Assembly (NCBI RefSeq): GCF_007830055.1
Contig: NZ_VLLE01000004.1
Span: 89,248-153,247, forward strand
Length of the DNA stretch: 64,000 nucleotides
Origin: Lacibacter cauensis
Lineage (GTDB): Bacteria > Bacteroidota > Bacteroidia > Chitinophagales > Chitinophagaceae
Direction of reading: 5' to 3'
This document shows positions 48,084 through 58,140 of the stretch, in pieces. A program made the translations under genes and the position numbers. The notes under the pieces were generated by a model. That model saw nothing but the letters and a program-made list of their open reading frames with translations, did no database searches and was not told the origin of the DNA. Numbering within the stretch: the stretch's first letter is position 1; each line of letters opens with the position of its first letter.

Positions 48084-48503
48084 TTAATCTTCCCAGGTTA
48101 ACGCACCTTTCTTAATAATGTAATAGAAACCGCAAAGGAAAAAGCCGACAAACATCAATACCGCCACAAATCCACTCCATCCAAGCTCTTTGAAATTAAC
48201 AGCGTAAGGGTAGAAAAAGATTACTTCCACATCAAATAAAACAAACAAAATTGCTACCAGAAAGTACTTTACAGCCATTGGCTGGCGGGCGTTACCGTGA
48301 ATTTCGATACCACTCTCAAAGTTTTCGAGCTTTTGAGCCGTTGGACGTTTGGGGCCTAACAGGTGCGTAAGCACCATCATTACTGCCACAAAGCCTACAG
48401 CAAACAGAATTTGTATACCAATTGGGAAATAGTTACTGGAATCGTTTACAGCTTTTGCAACTGTAGAAGCAGGATTGGACTGTAAAAAGAAAAGCTCTAG
48501 CAT
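48084..48503 (-). CDS. nuoA: NADH-quinone oxidoreductase subunit A
   Basis: ATG at 48501-48503 (MLELFFLQS..) gives ~139 aa with 3 TM. The track ORF begins at a TTG 24 nt upstream. Confidence 0.8.
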   Translation of the reverse strand: MLELFFLQSNPASTVAKAVNDSSNYFPIGIQILFAVGFVAVMMVLTHLLGPKRPTAQKLENFESGIEIHGNARQPMAVKYFLVAILFVLFDVEVIFFYPYAVNFKELGWSGFVAVLMFVGFFLCGFYYIIKKGALTWED

Positions 48504-48615
48504 CAGAGACGGTTTTGAATGCCGCAAAAATAAGGCAGGGTAATCGAAATTCCCTGTAATAAAAAAAAATCCCTTCGCTGATGCGAAGGGATTGTATACC
48601 AGATAAACTTAACTG

Positions 48616-50325
48616 CTAACTTTTTGACGAAGAACTGCCGGCAGAATTCGATGTTACACCACCGGGTTTAGTGGTTGTTGTACTACCGGTTGTTTGTGAT
48701 TTACCACCTGTAAGCTGACGTTTGTACTCAGTAGCTTCTTTATCAGTTGGGTCTATTGCCAGGATTTTATCGCAGAACTCAATCGCTACTTTATAATCTT
48801 TCTTCACAAAAATGTTGTACCCGATAAAATACTTGTATGCCAATTTAATTTGCGGACGGAAAGAAACAGAGTCTTTACTTGCCGATGCAACCTGTACAAA
48901 TTTTTCGAAATGCGGGTTGGCCATTCCGTTTACCATGCTGGTATCGATGCTCCAGTTTGCACGGGCACGCCAGTAGTAACCATAAGCCTGATCAGGATAC
49001 TTTTCTGTATACACGGCAAATACGCTATCGGACTTTGTATAGAAAGAAAAATCGCCACCGGAGCCTGCATCAAAAAATGCACGGCCGAGATTGTACATAT
49101 CAACGTTGCTCGGAGATTTCTTGGCTTTGTATTGCTTATCTAACCAATAAGCAGTTGCAGGCTTGTCGCCTTGCTTTTTGGCTAACGCAACAGCTTTATC
49201 TAAATAAGATGCTTTGTTATCCTGCACAGTATCTGCGTCCATTGCCTTTTCGTAGTAAGCATAAGATTGCGCCTCACTTCCTTTTGTGGCAGCTAAAATA
49301 TCGCCTAACAATTCATAATCCTTCGGTACAATTTCCTCAGGCTTTGATTTTTTAAAGAACTCATCAATGCTGGCTTTGGCATTTGCCATATCGCCACCTT
49401 TAAAATAGCTGTATGCTTTTAAACGGTAGATACGAGGCTTGATGACGTTTACACCAACTTTCGTAATTAAGGCATCTGCCAACGTAATCGCTTCGCTGTA
49501 TTTACCGGCAGCATATTTCAAATCAATTGTATAGTAATCGTTTTGCGGATCGCTGTCAATTGCGGCAATGTACTTGTGCAAATAATCTTCAGCCTTCGCT
49601 ACATCCCTGAAATACCAATAAACATATAAAGAATACAACGCAGGACCGTAAGCGGGATCCATTGCTACAGCCTCTTCATAAGCAGGCAGGAAGTAGTCTT
49701 TATTTTTTTGACTTTCGTAGATCAATCCTTCTTTGTGCTTTGCAGCAGCGTATTTAGGATTTAAGTTCAAGGCATTTTTAAAAGCCAATACCGCATTACC
49801 GCCATCAACCAGCTTGCGGTAAGCATCGCCAATTGTTACATAAACCGAAGGATCGTTGAACTTTTTGGTAGTTGTAATTTTCTGCAGGTGCGTAATACCA
49901 TAGTTGGCATCGCCAGCTTTGGTATAAGCATTGGCACGGCCTACAGCATGCAACACCTCGTTATCTTTCGATTTGCTGTTGTTAACAGCCATATCGAAAT
50001 GGTTACGGGCATCTGTGGTTTTGTTTTCCAGCAATTCTACGTGTCCCATACCCGCCATCAGTAAAGGCGAAGTTGCACTTGCCTGCAATGCGGCCTGGTA
50101 GGTTTCCTTTGCTTTTGCTACATCTTCCAGGCCAATATATGCCTGACCTAACCAATAAGCAGCCTCTTCATTTTTAGGATTGGCTGCTACCAATTTTTCA
50201 AAAACTTCTTTCGCACTTTTGAAGCGTTCGTAATACATGAACTTTTTGCCATCTTCGATTGATTGCGCAAACAGCTGCTGCACAAATACAATTGCCACAA
50301 ATGCTAAACTGAGTGATCGTTTCAT
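48616..50325 (-). CDS. Secreted tetratricopeptide-repeat protein with a Ser/Thr-rich C-terminal tail
   Basis: 569 aa with a signal peptide, multiple TPR-like helices and a C-terminal ...TGGKSQTTGSTTTTKPGGVTSNSAGSSSSKS. Confidence 0.65.
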   Translation of the reverse strand: MKRSLSLAFVAIVFVQQLFAQSIEDGKKFMYYERFKSAKEVFEKLVAANPKNEEAAYWLGQAYIGLEDVAKAKETYQAALQASATSPLLMAGMGHVELLENKTTDARNHFDMAVNNSKSKDNEVLHAVGRANAYTKAGDANYGITHLQKITTTKKFNDPSVYVTIGDAYRKLVDGGNAVLAFKNALNLNPKYAAAKHKEGLIYESQKNKDYFLPAYEEAVAMDPAYGPALYSLYVYWYFRDVAKAEDYLHKYIAAIDSDPQNDYYTIDLKYAAGKYSEAITLADALITKVGVNVIKPRIYRLKAYSYFKGGDMANAKASIDEFFKKSKPEEIVPKDYELLGDILAATKGSEAQSYAYYEKAMDADTVQDNKASYLDKAVALAKKQGDKPATAYWLDKQYKAKKSPSNVDMYNLGRAFFDAGSGGDFSFYTKSDSVFAVYTEKYPDQAYGYYWRARANWSIDTSMVNGMANPHFEKFVQVASASKDSVSFRPQIKLAYKYFIGYNIFVKKDYKVAIEFCDKILAIDPTDKEATEYKRQLTGGKSQTTGSTTTTKPGGVTSNSAGSSSSKS

Positions 50326-50387
50326 TGTTTCTTTCTTCTTTGGTTTAAGTAATCTGGTTGCTCACAGGGTCGGTAAAAATATTGAAT

Positions 50388-51323
50388 TTATTGCGTTACC
50401 GGTTTTACTAATTTCAGTTGCGTTTCCCGCATAATATAAATTCTTCTGCCGGGAACCAGGTAGCCTCGTCTGAAAATCAGCTGCCCACGGTCACTATTCA
50501 TAAAATTCACAAACGCTTTTCCCAATCCTGCGTGATTTTCTTTCAAGACGTAATAAATTTCACGGGAGTAAGGATAACGTTTTGTTAAAATTTCTTCCTG
50601 CCAGGGTTTGGTAAATGTTCCAGCCTCATCGCAACTATCGCATGGTAACCAGGCAATACGCACTTTTTTCAGCATTTCCAGCTGGTTTACATCTTCCGGA
50701 TTACCAATCCAGCTTACACCCACAAACCCTACGTAGCCGGGGTTTCGGGAAATATAATCAACCACATCGCTGCTGTTTTTAGCTGCAGTAATAACGGAGG
50801 TATTAAACATTTTACCTTTTAAAATACTATCGATGGCATAACGTACCGAACTGGTTGCTTTCACCCCGTCAAAAACCGGTTTGTAAGGCAGTTTGCTGGT
50901 GCCCAGCAACAGCTCCTGCACATCTTCTTTGGTAAAAACAGAATCAGCAGCACTTCTGTTTACAACAAGTGCTACTGCATCTCTCGCCAACAACTCACTT
51001 TTGGGATACAACCCCAGCGAGTCGGAATAATAACGGGCTTCGGCAGCAGTGAGTTTGCGGGTAACAATTACCATACGGGTACTGTCGTTGAGCAAATCGT
51101 CCCAACACTCCGCTTCCGGTTTATACTCTGCAATAATCTTTGCCTTTGGGTAAGCCGATTCAAATACTTTTACCTGTTCCTCAATAATAGGTTTGAAAGC
51201 CTCATCTACACTTATATAAATAGTTCCAGACGTACCGGTATCTGCAGGCTGTGGCTTTTTTGTTTTGCAAGAAACAAAAACAACAAAAAGAAGACTTAAG
51301 AAAGCAGCAAAACGCTTAACCAT
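50388..51323 (-). CDS. PstS-like periplasmic substrate-binding lipoprotein (PBP superfamily) associated with the TonB system
   Basis: 311 aa with a lipoprotein signal (FVVFVSCK) and a PBP type-2 fold pattern. It is the usual neighbour of TonB/TPR genes in Bacteroidota ExbBD-TonB modules. Confidence 0.55.
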   Translation of the reverse strand: MVKRFAAFLSLLFVVFVSCKTKKPQPADTGTSGTIYISVDEAFKPIIEEQVKVFESAYPKAKIIAEYKPEAECWDDLLNDSTRMVIVTRKLTAAEARYYSDSLGLYPKSELLARDAVALVVNRSAADSVFTKEDVQELLLGTSKLPYKPVFDGVKATSSVRYAIDSILKGKMFNTSVITAAKNSSDVVDYISRNPGYVGFVGVSWIGNPEDVNQLEMLKKVRIAWLPCDSCDEAGTFTKPWQEEILTKRYPYSREIYYVLKENHAGLGKAFVNFMNSDRGQLIFRRGYLVPGRRIYIMRETQLKLVKPVTQ

Positions 51324-51325
51324 AC

Positions 51326-51565
51326 TCAGGAAGGATTTTTATACGATTTAACGCCTCTGAAAATGCGAAATGCGCCGTATACAAAAGCTCCGATACCAAA
51401 CACCGTAATAATATCGGGCGGAGGAAAGGCAATTTCCAGGCCAATAAATTTTGAAACGGCCAACACTGCCCCTACAATGGCATAAATCAACCCCATCACC
51501 AAGTCGAACAACGCTCGTACGTTTACGGGTTTATTTTTCTTTCTAAAGTCTTCCTGTATTGACAT
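51326..51565 (-). CDS. Small two-TM membrane protein
   Basis: 79 aa, translationally coupled to the PstS-like gene (stop/start 3 nt apart). Confidence 0.45.
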   Translation of the reverse strand: MSIQEDFRKKNKPVNVRALFDLVMGLIYAIVGAVLAVSKFIGLEIAFPPPDIITVFGIGAFVYGAFRIFRGVKSYKNPS

Positions 51566-51601
51566 GTAAGCTTTTTAGGGAGCGGGCAAGTTAACCAATT
51601 T

Positions 51602-52426
51602 TTACTCTTCGGGAGCGGTAAAAGTAACCGGTTGTGTAAAATATACAGCTACTGCTTTGCCGTTCTGTTTGCCGGGTTTCCATTTGGGCATGCGGCCAAT
51701 AACCCGCAACACTTCCCGGTCGAATTGCGAACCACCGCTTGCTACAATTACAGCATCTGTAACATCGCCATTGGAATTGACTACAAACTTTACCCGTACA
51801 GTTTTCCGATCGCCCGCCTCCAGGTCATCGGGTACCCGCAGCATTTTTTGCAAATAGCTGATCCATGCCTGCATACCGCCGGGAAATTCGGGCGCTATCT
51901 CGGACACTTCGAGAATTTGCGGAGCTTCCGGCTGTGTTTCTTTGGGAGGATCGGGAGTGATGATCGTTTCGTCTCCTCTATTTGCCTGGATATAACCTTC
52001 GCCGCCAGGTGTTCCCGGATCATCAGTTGGACCTGGATTGTATGGCTGAGGATCTGTTCTGTCGGGCGGTAAATTCCTTGCTTCATCATCGGGAACAATT
52101 ACCGGATCCGTATCAATTTTTGTAGGCGGCTGCTCGGCCACTGTACGTTCTTTTGGTTGCGGTTGTTCTTTCGGCTGTTCCGGTTCAACATACTTGTCTA
52201 AAACAATCTCCGTTATTTTTTCTCTTGCCAAAGATCCGGAGTCTGCTTTCCTGGGTTGACTCATTACAATTACAAACCCGGCACCTACCAATACCAACAT
52301 GGTTGCCATTGCTTTTTTAAGATGTGATGGATAAGCTTTGCGGATGGAATAAGCACCGTACGCTTTGTTACGGTTTTCGAATAAAATGTCTAATAAATCG
52401 GCTTTGAGAATTTCTTCGCTTTTCAT
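51602..52426 (-). CDS. tonB: Energy transducer TonB (second paralog)
   Basis: ATG MKSEEILKADLLDILFENRNKAYGAYSIRKAYP. The N-terminal motif is shared with the TonB at 25019-25846. It has a Pro-rich spacer and a C-terminal TonB domain. Confidence 0.75.
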   Translation of the reverse strand: MKSEEILKADLLDILFENRNKAYGAYSIRKAYPSHLKKAMATMLVLVGAGFVIVMSQPRKADSGSLAREKITEIVLDKYVEPEQPKEQPQPKERTVAEQPPTKIDTDPVIVPDDEARNLPPDRTDPQPYNPGPTDDPGTPGGEGYIQANRGDETIITPDPPKETQPEAPQILEVSEIAPEFPGGMQAWISYLQKMLRVPDDLEAGDRKTVRVKFVVNSNGDVTDAVIVASGGSQFDREVLRVIGRMPKWKPGKQNGKAVAVYFTQPVTFTAPEE

Positions 52427-52701
52427 GTTATTACAGTTTGGTTGTGAACAATAAACAGTATGCTGCACAGTTGCAGTGCTGTTCCGTTTTCTACTTCATG
52501 AAAAACAAAAGTTCATTGATCTGTGTCGGCCGACTTGATAGTGAAACGTTTGTTTATAAACCAGTAATTAAAAAGTACTGTTTGCTATTTAGATGCGTTG
52601 CAGAAATAAATCCACAAACATAGTCACCGCTTGATTTAGGAAGAACCTGCAAGCGGAAACATTCAACCCAAAACTTGTTACACTCATTTATCTTTGCGGC
52701 C

Positions 52702-53178
52702 ATGCGTATTTTGATGGTTTGTTTGGGAAATATTTGTCGCAGTCCGTTGGCAGAAGGAATACTGCAGCAGAAAGCGGGAACAGCAGGTTTGGAATGGCGT
52801 GTGGAAAGTGCCGGAACCGGTGGTTGGCATACCGGAGAACCTCCGCATCATTTAAGTACCAAAGTGGCAAAACTGAATGGTGTTGACATCAGCAACCAAC
52901 GTGCACGACAATTTGTAAAAGAAGATTTTCTAAACTACGATTTCATTTATGTAATGGACAGCAGCAACTATGTTGATGTAAAACACATGAGCGGAACGTT
53001 ATGGAACGAAGCAAAAATAGATCTGCTGTTAAACGAATTATACCCGGGTGAAAACAGAGCCGTTCCCGATCCCTGGTATGGAAAAGAAGATGGCTATCAT
53101 CAAGTGTACGAACTAATCGATGCAGCATGCGACAGGATCATACAGAAGCATACACAGGAAGTACGAGCTACGAAGTAA
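52702..53178 (+). CDS. Low-molecular-weight protein-tyrosine phosphatase
   Basis: MRILMVCLGNICRSP (CX5R P-loop) and a DP motif (VPDPWYG). Confidence 0.85.
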   Translation: MRILMVCLGNICRSPLAEGILQQKAGTAGLEWRVESAGTGGWHTGEPPHHLSTKVAKLNGVDISNQRARQFVKEDFLNYDFIYVMDSSNYVDVKHMSGTLWNEAKIDLLLNELYPGENRAVPDPWYGKEDGYHQVYELIDAACDRIIQKHTQEVRATK

Positions 53179-53219
53179 GGAAAACAAGAAACGATAAACA
53201 ATAAACTATAAACTGAGCA

Positions 53220-54644
53220 ATGGCGAAGGTGAACGTATCATTACCACAGGGAACAAGAGATTTTGGAGCAGAAGTTGTACGCAAACGCAACTATATTTTT
53301 TCAACCATTAAATCGGTATTTGAAGTATACGGGTTTGAGCCATTGGAAACACCTGCCATGGAAAACCTTGATACGTTGATGGGCAAGTATGGCGAAGAAG
53401 GTGATAAGCTGATTTTTAAAATACTGAATAACGGAGAGTATTTGAACGGACTGAGGCCTGAAGACTTTTTTGGGATCGCCTTAGGTAGTTTGAAAAATAT
53501 TCCAACAACCGAAGAAGTATATTTATCAACTGAAGATTTTAAGAAAAAGTATTCCAGAATTACAAATCACGTTTCAAGCCGTGCATTAAAATACGATCTT
53601 ACTATTCCGTTTGCACGTTATGTAGCCATGAACCATCATCAACTCACCATGCCATTCAAACGCTACCAGGTGCAGCCGGTTTGGAGAGCAGATCGTCCGC
53701 AAAAAGGACGTTACCGTGAATTTTACCAATGCGATGCAGATGTGGTGGGCAGCAAATCGTTGTTGAACGAAGTGGAACTCACGAATATTTATGCAACTGT
53801 ATTCAGCAAGCTGGGCGTAAGTGTAGATATTAAAATCAACAGTCGTAAAATTTTGGCTGCATTGGCCGAAATATGTGGCGGTGCCGATAAGATGGTAGAT
53901 ATCACCATTGCTATTGACAAACTGGATAAGATCGGCATTGAAAAAGTAAAAGAAGAACTGGCGCAGCGTGGATTAAATACTGAGCAGATCAGCATCATCG
54001 AAAACTATCTCAACATTACCGGCAGCAACGAAGAAAAGCTTGCAGCCATTAAACAACTGTTGAGCAGTAATGAAACAGGTGCCAAAGGAATTGAAGAAAT
54101 TGAAACTGTTTATCGCCAATCGGGCATCAGTAATTTACAATTCGACTTTACGCTGGCACGTGGTCTCAACTATTATACAGGCGTTATTTTCGAGGTAAAA
54201 GCCAACAATGTACAAATGGGAAGCATCGGAGGCGGTGGCCGCTACGATGATCTGACCGGTTTATTTGGTGTTCCGAATATTCCCGGAGTTGGCATTTCGT
54301 TTGGTGTAGACCGTATTTACGATGTAATGGAAGAGTTACAACTTTTTCCGGCAAGCGTACATACAGGTACCAAAATATTATTCTTCAACTTAGGTGATGC
54401 AGAAAGCAAAAAAGCATTTGAGCTGATGCAGGCGTTACGCAGCAAAGGAGTGGCAGCAGAACTTTACCACGAAAACAGCAAATTCGACAAACAATTTAAA
54501 TACGCAGAAAAAAAACAGATACCGTTTATTGTTATCATCGGCACCAAGGAACTCGAAAGCAGTAGCTGCAATGTAAAAGAACTGGCAACTGGCCAACAGG
54601 AAACCTGCAACTTCGATGACCTGCTGAAAAAATTCATCAGCTGA
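53220..54644 (+). CDS. hisS: Histidine--tRNA ligase
   Basis: 474 aa class-II aaRS with HisRS motifs (GTRDF, ..YQVQPVWRADRPQKGRYREFYQCDAD.., GGGRYD) and a C-terminal anticodon-binding domain. Confidence 0.9.
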   Translation: MAKVNVSLPQGTRDFGAEVVRKRNYIFSTIKSVFEVYGFEPLETPAMENLDTLMGKYGEEGDKLIFKILNNGEYLNGLRPEDFFGIALGSLKNIPTTEEVYLSTEDFKKKYSRITNHVSSRALKYDLTIPFARYVAMNHHQLTMPFKRYQVQPVWRADRPQKGRYREFYQCDADVVGSKSLLNEVELTNIYATVFSKLGVSVDIKINSRKILAALAEICGGADKMVDITIAIDKLDKIGIEKVKEELAQRGLNTEQISIIENYLNITGSNEEKLAAIKQLLSSNETGAKGIEEIETVYRQSGISNLQFDFTLARGLNYYTGVIFEVKANNVQMGSIGGGGRYDDLTGLFGVPNIPGVGISFGVDRIYDVMEELQLFPASVHTGTKILFFNLGDAESKKAFELMQALRSKGVAAELYHENSKFDKQFKYAEKKQIPFIVIIGTKELESSSCNVKELATGQQETCNFDDLLKKFIS

Positions 54645-54733
54645 AGTATTTTAAACTAATCTGTAAAACCTTTCATTCTTTTTTGGGTTGTATGGGTGCT
54701 TCTCTTTATTTTTGCCACCCTTAAAATTTCAGT

Positions 54734-54822
54734 CGGTGAGGTGGATGAGTGGCTGAAATCAGTAGTTTGCTAAACTGCCGTACGGGTAACTCTGTACCGC
54801 GGGTTCGAATCCCGCCCTCACC
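54734..54822 (+). tRNA. tRNA-Ser (anticodon GCU), type II with a long variable arm
   Basis: Acceptor GGTGAGG/CCTCACC, anticodon stem GTAGT/ACTGC with loop TTGCTAA, variable arm CGTACGGGTAACTCTGTACCG, T-arm CGGGTTCGAATCCCG, discriminator G. CCA is not encoded. Confidence 0.8.
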
Positions 54823-54824
54823 GC
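54801..54824 (+). repeat. attL: 24-bp direct repeat (GGTTCGAATCCCGCCCTCACCGCA) formed by the tRNA-Ser 3' end
   Basis: An identical 24-mer is found at 62036-62059. Confidence 0.85.
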
Positions 54825-54878
54825 ACTACTACAAGAGCAATTAACTGCAAATCAGTTAGTTGCTTTCTTGTTTTTATG

Positions 54879-54902
54879 AGGTGGTGCATTTCGTGGTGCA
54901 GT
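54879..54902. repeat. Two GTGGTGCA(G/T)TT direct repeats next to attL (candidate integrase arm-type sites)
   Basis: The same 11-12-mer recurs at 55761-55774, 61907-61918 and 61919-61934. Confidence 0.6.
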
Positions 54903-54982
54903 TCCAGCCCTTTACTTTCTATTTTGTACAGTTTTTAAATGAATTACTTTTATCCTGCCATATCAACTATGGCGCTTTTAAC

Positions 54983-55300
54983 TTACCGGCTCCCGTTTAT
55001 ACGGGGGCTTTTTGTTACATTTCTGTAATCGACGAAAGCAGTTACAACCAGTACAACAGCCCAGACCACATCAACAACATTCCAAAGGGTTCGGCCTAAT
55101 GCCAACTTGATAAATGGGTTAATCAACAAAGCTGACGAACCCCATAGGACGGCAAGCCCGGTAATTTTGCGATCTTGAAAAGCAAGCACAGCAAAACCCA
55201 CCATACCCAAAAATCGAACTAGTTCGTAATAGCCGTAAGGCATGTTTAACAGGCATACAGCAAACAATACGGCTAGGGCTATTTTAATTAGTGTCTTCAT
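54983..55300 (-). CDS. Small 3-TM membrane protein (element-encoded)
   Basis: Internal ATG MKTLIKIALAVLFAV.. gives ~105 aa. The coordinates are listed 5'->3' on the minus strand, so the CDS occupies 54983-55300. Confidence 0.35.
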   Translation of the reverse strand: MKTLIKIALAVLFAVCLLNMPYGYYELVRFLGMVGFAVLAFQDRKITGLAVLWGSSALLINPFIKLALGRTLWNVVDVVWAVVLVVTAFVDYRNVTKSPRINGSR

Positions 55301-55760
55301 CTTTCTTAAATAGGCGTTGTGGCACAACGCAATTACTGATACCAAAAACAAACCCAGTCATTACCAATAATTCAATTATTATCCATAGGTTATAACGTTC
55401 GGGTGTTGTCCAAATGATGTAAGTTAAAAATGCAGAGTTTATAAATGCTAATATCGAAGAACCTATGTAAGTAACAGGATTAACAGGCACTTTCCTGAAT
55501 ACTATCGATATAACCAATAGTATAATCGACTTAATCAGATTTAAAATGAATGAGAAAAAAGCTAATCCACCTAATAATAACAGTAATAGTTTCCAGATCA
55601 ATTTCAGACTATTGAACCAATTAAAAACATCACTGGCAAAAGCATCCCAAAAGTAAAATATCAAATTATTAAGAAGGGCTAAAATTAAGGCGGCTAATAC
55701 AAGATAGCCCCATGAGTACAAAGGATTGCTTTGTGTTTCCTGAAATGACTGATTAGGCAT
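55284..55760 (-). CDS. Small 4-TM membrane protein (element-encoded)
   Basis: 158 aa. The start codon abuts a GTGGTGCAGTT repeat. Confidence 0.4.
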   Translation of the reverse strand: MPNQSFQETQSNPLYSWGYLVLAALILALLNNLIFYFWDAFASDVFNWFNSLKLIWKLLLLLLGGLAFFSFILNLIKSIILLVISIVFRKVPVNPVTYIGSSILAFINSAFLTYIIWTTPERYNLWIIIELLVMTGFVFGISNCVVPQRLFKKDEDTN

Positions 55761-55824
55761 GTGGTGCAGTTTTTGGGTTGCCCTAACAAGATATAAAATT
55801 CATCCAGTCTTGCAACACCCACAA

Positions 55825-55851
55825 CAAAAAACCCGACCTGTTAAGTCGGGC
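55825..55851 (-). terminator. Rho-independent terminator (minus strand) after the 134-aa gene
   Basis: Minus-strand reading gives CCCGAC-ttaacag-GTCGGG followed by TTTTTT (plus-strand 55825-55850: aaaaaaCCCGACctgttaaGTCGGG). Confidence 0.6.
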
Positions 55852-56091
55852 TGTGTGTGAATGTAGCGGGCTATTATACGCTTCAGTGCTGGGTTGCTAT
55901 ACTTGCTCAGGTGATTTCTCGAATAAAGGCTGACAAATCTGGTCAATCGTCTTTAATCGAGATGAAGCGATTAGAAAAATCAGTGAAAGACTATGAGTCT
56001 TTTTTGTGATTGCTAATTGTGCTTTTTTCTTGTAGCGAGTGTTCTTTTTCATAACTGGTATTGATAGTTAAACAATGTTTTCGACTGCTTT

Positions 56092-56496
56092 TTAGTTTGA
56101 TCTCTCATCTGTCATTTGTAAACTCCTTTGCATCATAATTTTTGAATACGCAAGCGCACCGTTTAAAACTTCCTCATCCGTTCTTAACTCTACATCATGT
56201 TTACTCACATGTTCAACACGCTTGTTTATTAAAACAAGCTGCTGCAGCATTTCTACATTGAAATAAAGCCCGTTTTGTATCTCATTTCTTATTCCGGCAT
56301 TGTATCGCTCTTCGGGCAACTGATCCGCAATTGCACGGATCTGGCTTATAAAGTGGTTAACAATCTCTGTGATCGGGTACATGTCAAACAAACTTTGTGA
56401 TGCCTCGTAATTGTTGACTAATGCAGTAAGTAAGTCTTGATCTTCCTGGCTTCTTGTCTTTGCAAATTCTTGTAACAGTTGATTAATTCGTGTCAT
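56092..56496 (-). CDS. Hypothetical helical protein (element-encoded)
   Basis: 134 aa with no secure motif. An R-x6-H (RVEHVSKH) is reminiscent of HEPN but is weak. Confidence 0.35.
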   Translation of the reverse strand: MTRINQLLQEFAKTRSQEDQDLLTALVNNYEASQSLFDMYPITEIVNHFISQIRAIADQLPEERYNAGIRNEIQNGLYFNVEMLQQLVLINKRVEHVSKHDVELRTDEEVLNGALAYSKIMMQRSLQMTDERSN

Positions 56497-56798
56497 AGTG
56501 TTTTATTTATTTGAGGCCTAACTTATAGTAAATGCCCTGCTCCTGCAATAGCGAATCAAATTGACTCCACGTACAAACGGGGTAACCCTGTACCCTTTAT
56601 GACACTTTATTTGTAATGTGATAAATACTCGGATATTTTTTACTGATTATCAACCCTCTCATTTTTGCAACATCATTGTAAAAATACTTTCATCTTTTTT
56701 CGAGGGGAGTTAAAATGACTCCCTGTTTTTGGCCTGTTTGCACATGAAAAAAATGGTACTTCGCTATACAGAGGGGGTCTATCATCCACAGTACCGGG

Positions 56799-57218
56799 TT
56801 AATTTTTGAGGGGAACGGGCTTTTTTGAAACCGGGCGGGTCGGCTTTCGTTTAGATTGCTTTTTCAATTTCGTTTTACCTACTGCCTTGTCAATTTCTGT
56901 TAGCAGATTAAAGCCGCTGATCGTCGGCCGGTACTTCTTTGTTTTACCGAATTGCTCCACGAAAACAAGTTCATGCTTTAGCAGGGAATCAATGTTTTTC
57001 CTCAGCTGCGTTCTGCTGTTTGTGTTGCCCATTGCCTCCGCTATCATAGTTGCAGTGCAGCCAAAGTGCGACTGTCTTTCGCTTATTACAAGTAGGATCT
57101 TTACTGCTGACAGGTTAAACGTTAAGTCGTCACGCTCCTTTATCTGTTTGAAAGCCTGTGTTAAGTTCAAGGCTCTTTTTAAGTGTATGTATTGCATTTG
57201 CTGAATTGCTTTGTGCAA
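56799..57218 (-). CDS. Winged-helix (MarR-like) DNA-binding protein with a basic C-terminal tail
   Basis: 139 aa with a wHTH core and a KK/R-rich tail. Confidence 0.4.
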   Translation of the reverse strand: MHKAIQQMQYIHLKRALNLTQAFKQIKERDDLTFNLSAVKILLVISERQSHFGCTATMIAEAMGNTNSRTQLRKNIDSLLKHELVFVEQFGKTKKYRPTISGFNLLTEIDKAVGKTKLKKQSKRKPTRPVSKKPVPLKN

Positions 57219-57262
57219 GGTTTTCCGATTATAATTAGATAGGAAAACCGTGCATTTGTAAT

Positions 57263-58135
57263 TTATGAGCAGGCCAACTGTTGAAGCGCTTGCCCTGCAA
57301 GATTTACTATTTGTTCCTTATGCTTATTCGTTCCGTACTGGTTTACTATACGTTCAAACTCTCTCTCCTTTCTATAGTCTGTTGATGTTTTACAATTCCT
57401 GTACACCCATACATTCGGATTCTGCATTATCTCAAACAATCTCTTTTCCTTCTCGGTCATGCTTTCTATGCTGATTGTATGATCTGTAAAAACTAAATCT
57501 GTTGCATCTTGCACGGTTTTCCGACCTAATGTAAACAGCACCTTATCGCAGGTTAAATCAAACAGGCTTTTTGCTCCTTGTACTATCAATTCCCTTGATC
57601 GCATGTACTTCGTTTCAAATCTCAGCGTGTTTGTAGTGCTGTATTGCCTGCCTTTGTCATACAACTTGATAAACTTGTCACCACTTGCAAACTCAATGAA
57701 ATAAAATGCCTCATTTTCTTTCTCATAAGGCCATGCGGGTCTTGTGTTGCGATAGCAGATACACTGATCTATTATTTCACTGGCTGCAAGCGCCGGGTGA
57801 ATATTAAAACCAACCTCCAGGTTCTTAATGAGTGCAAGCATTGGGTTTAATCTTAGCAGGCTGCACATGTGCCTAATAGCATCCTGCACATCGGAGAAAG
57901 TAAACTGTTTGTGGTTAGTGCCTTGCCAATACTTATGCAGTGAACCTGCAATTTGTAAGCGTGTCTTAGAAAACTGAGTTAGTTGAAACACACCCCATTC
58001 ACAAACCATTTTATCAACGTGCAGCACTTCCCCCGTTTTTGGGTCATGTTCTTGCCTCCATTGCAGGAAAGGAAGTGCTGTCGTTGTTTCGATTTGCGCC
58101 CGATCTTCTACCCATAATTTCATGTAGTCGATCAT
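57263..58135 (-). CDS. Hypothetical protein, possibly a replication-initiation-type protein of the element
   Basis: 290 aa with no confident motif. It follows the small wHTH gene 58141-58437 (98 aa). Confidence 0.3.
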   Translation of the reverse strand: MIDYMKLWVEDRAQIETTTALPFLQWRQEHDPKTGEVLHVDKMVCEWGVFQLTQFSKTRLQIAGSLHKYWQGTNHKQFTFSDVQDAIRHMCSLLRLNPMLALIKNLEVGFNIHPALAASEIIDQCICYRNTRPAWPYEKENEAFYFIEFASGDKFIKLYDKGRQYSTTNTLRFETKYMRSRELIVQGAKSLFDLTCDKVLFTLGRKTVQDATDLVFTDHTISIESMTEKEKRLFEIMQNPNVWVYRNCKTSTDYRKEREFERIVNQYGTNKHKEQIVNLAGQALQQLACS

Positions 58136-58140
58136 GTGTA

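Noticed and set aside
56092-56496. HEPN-like toxin call for the 134-aa element protein
   Set aside because: A single R-x6-H is too weak. There is no partner antitoxin signature, so it is left as hypothetical.
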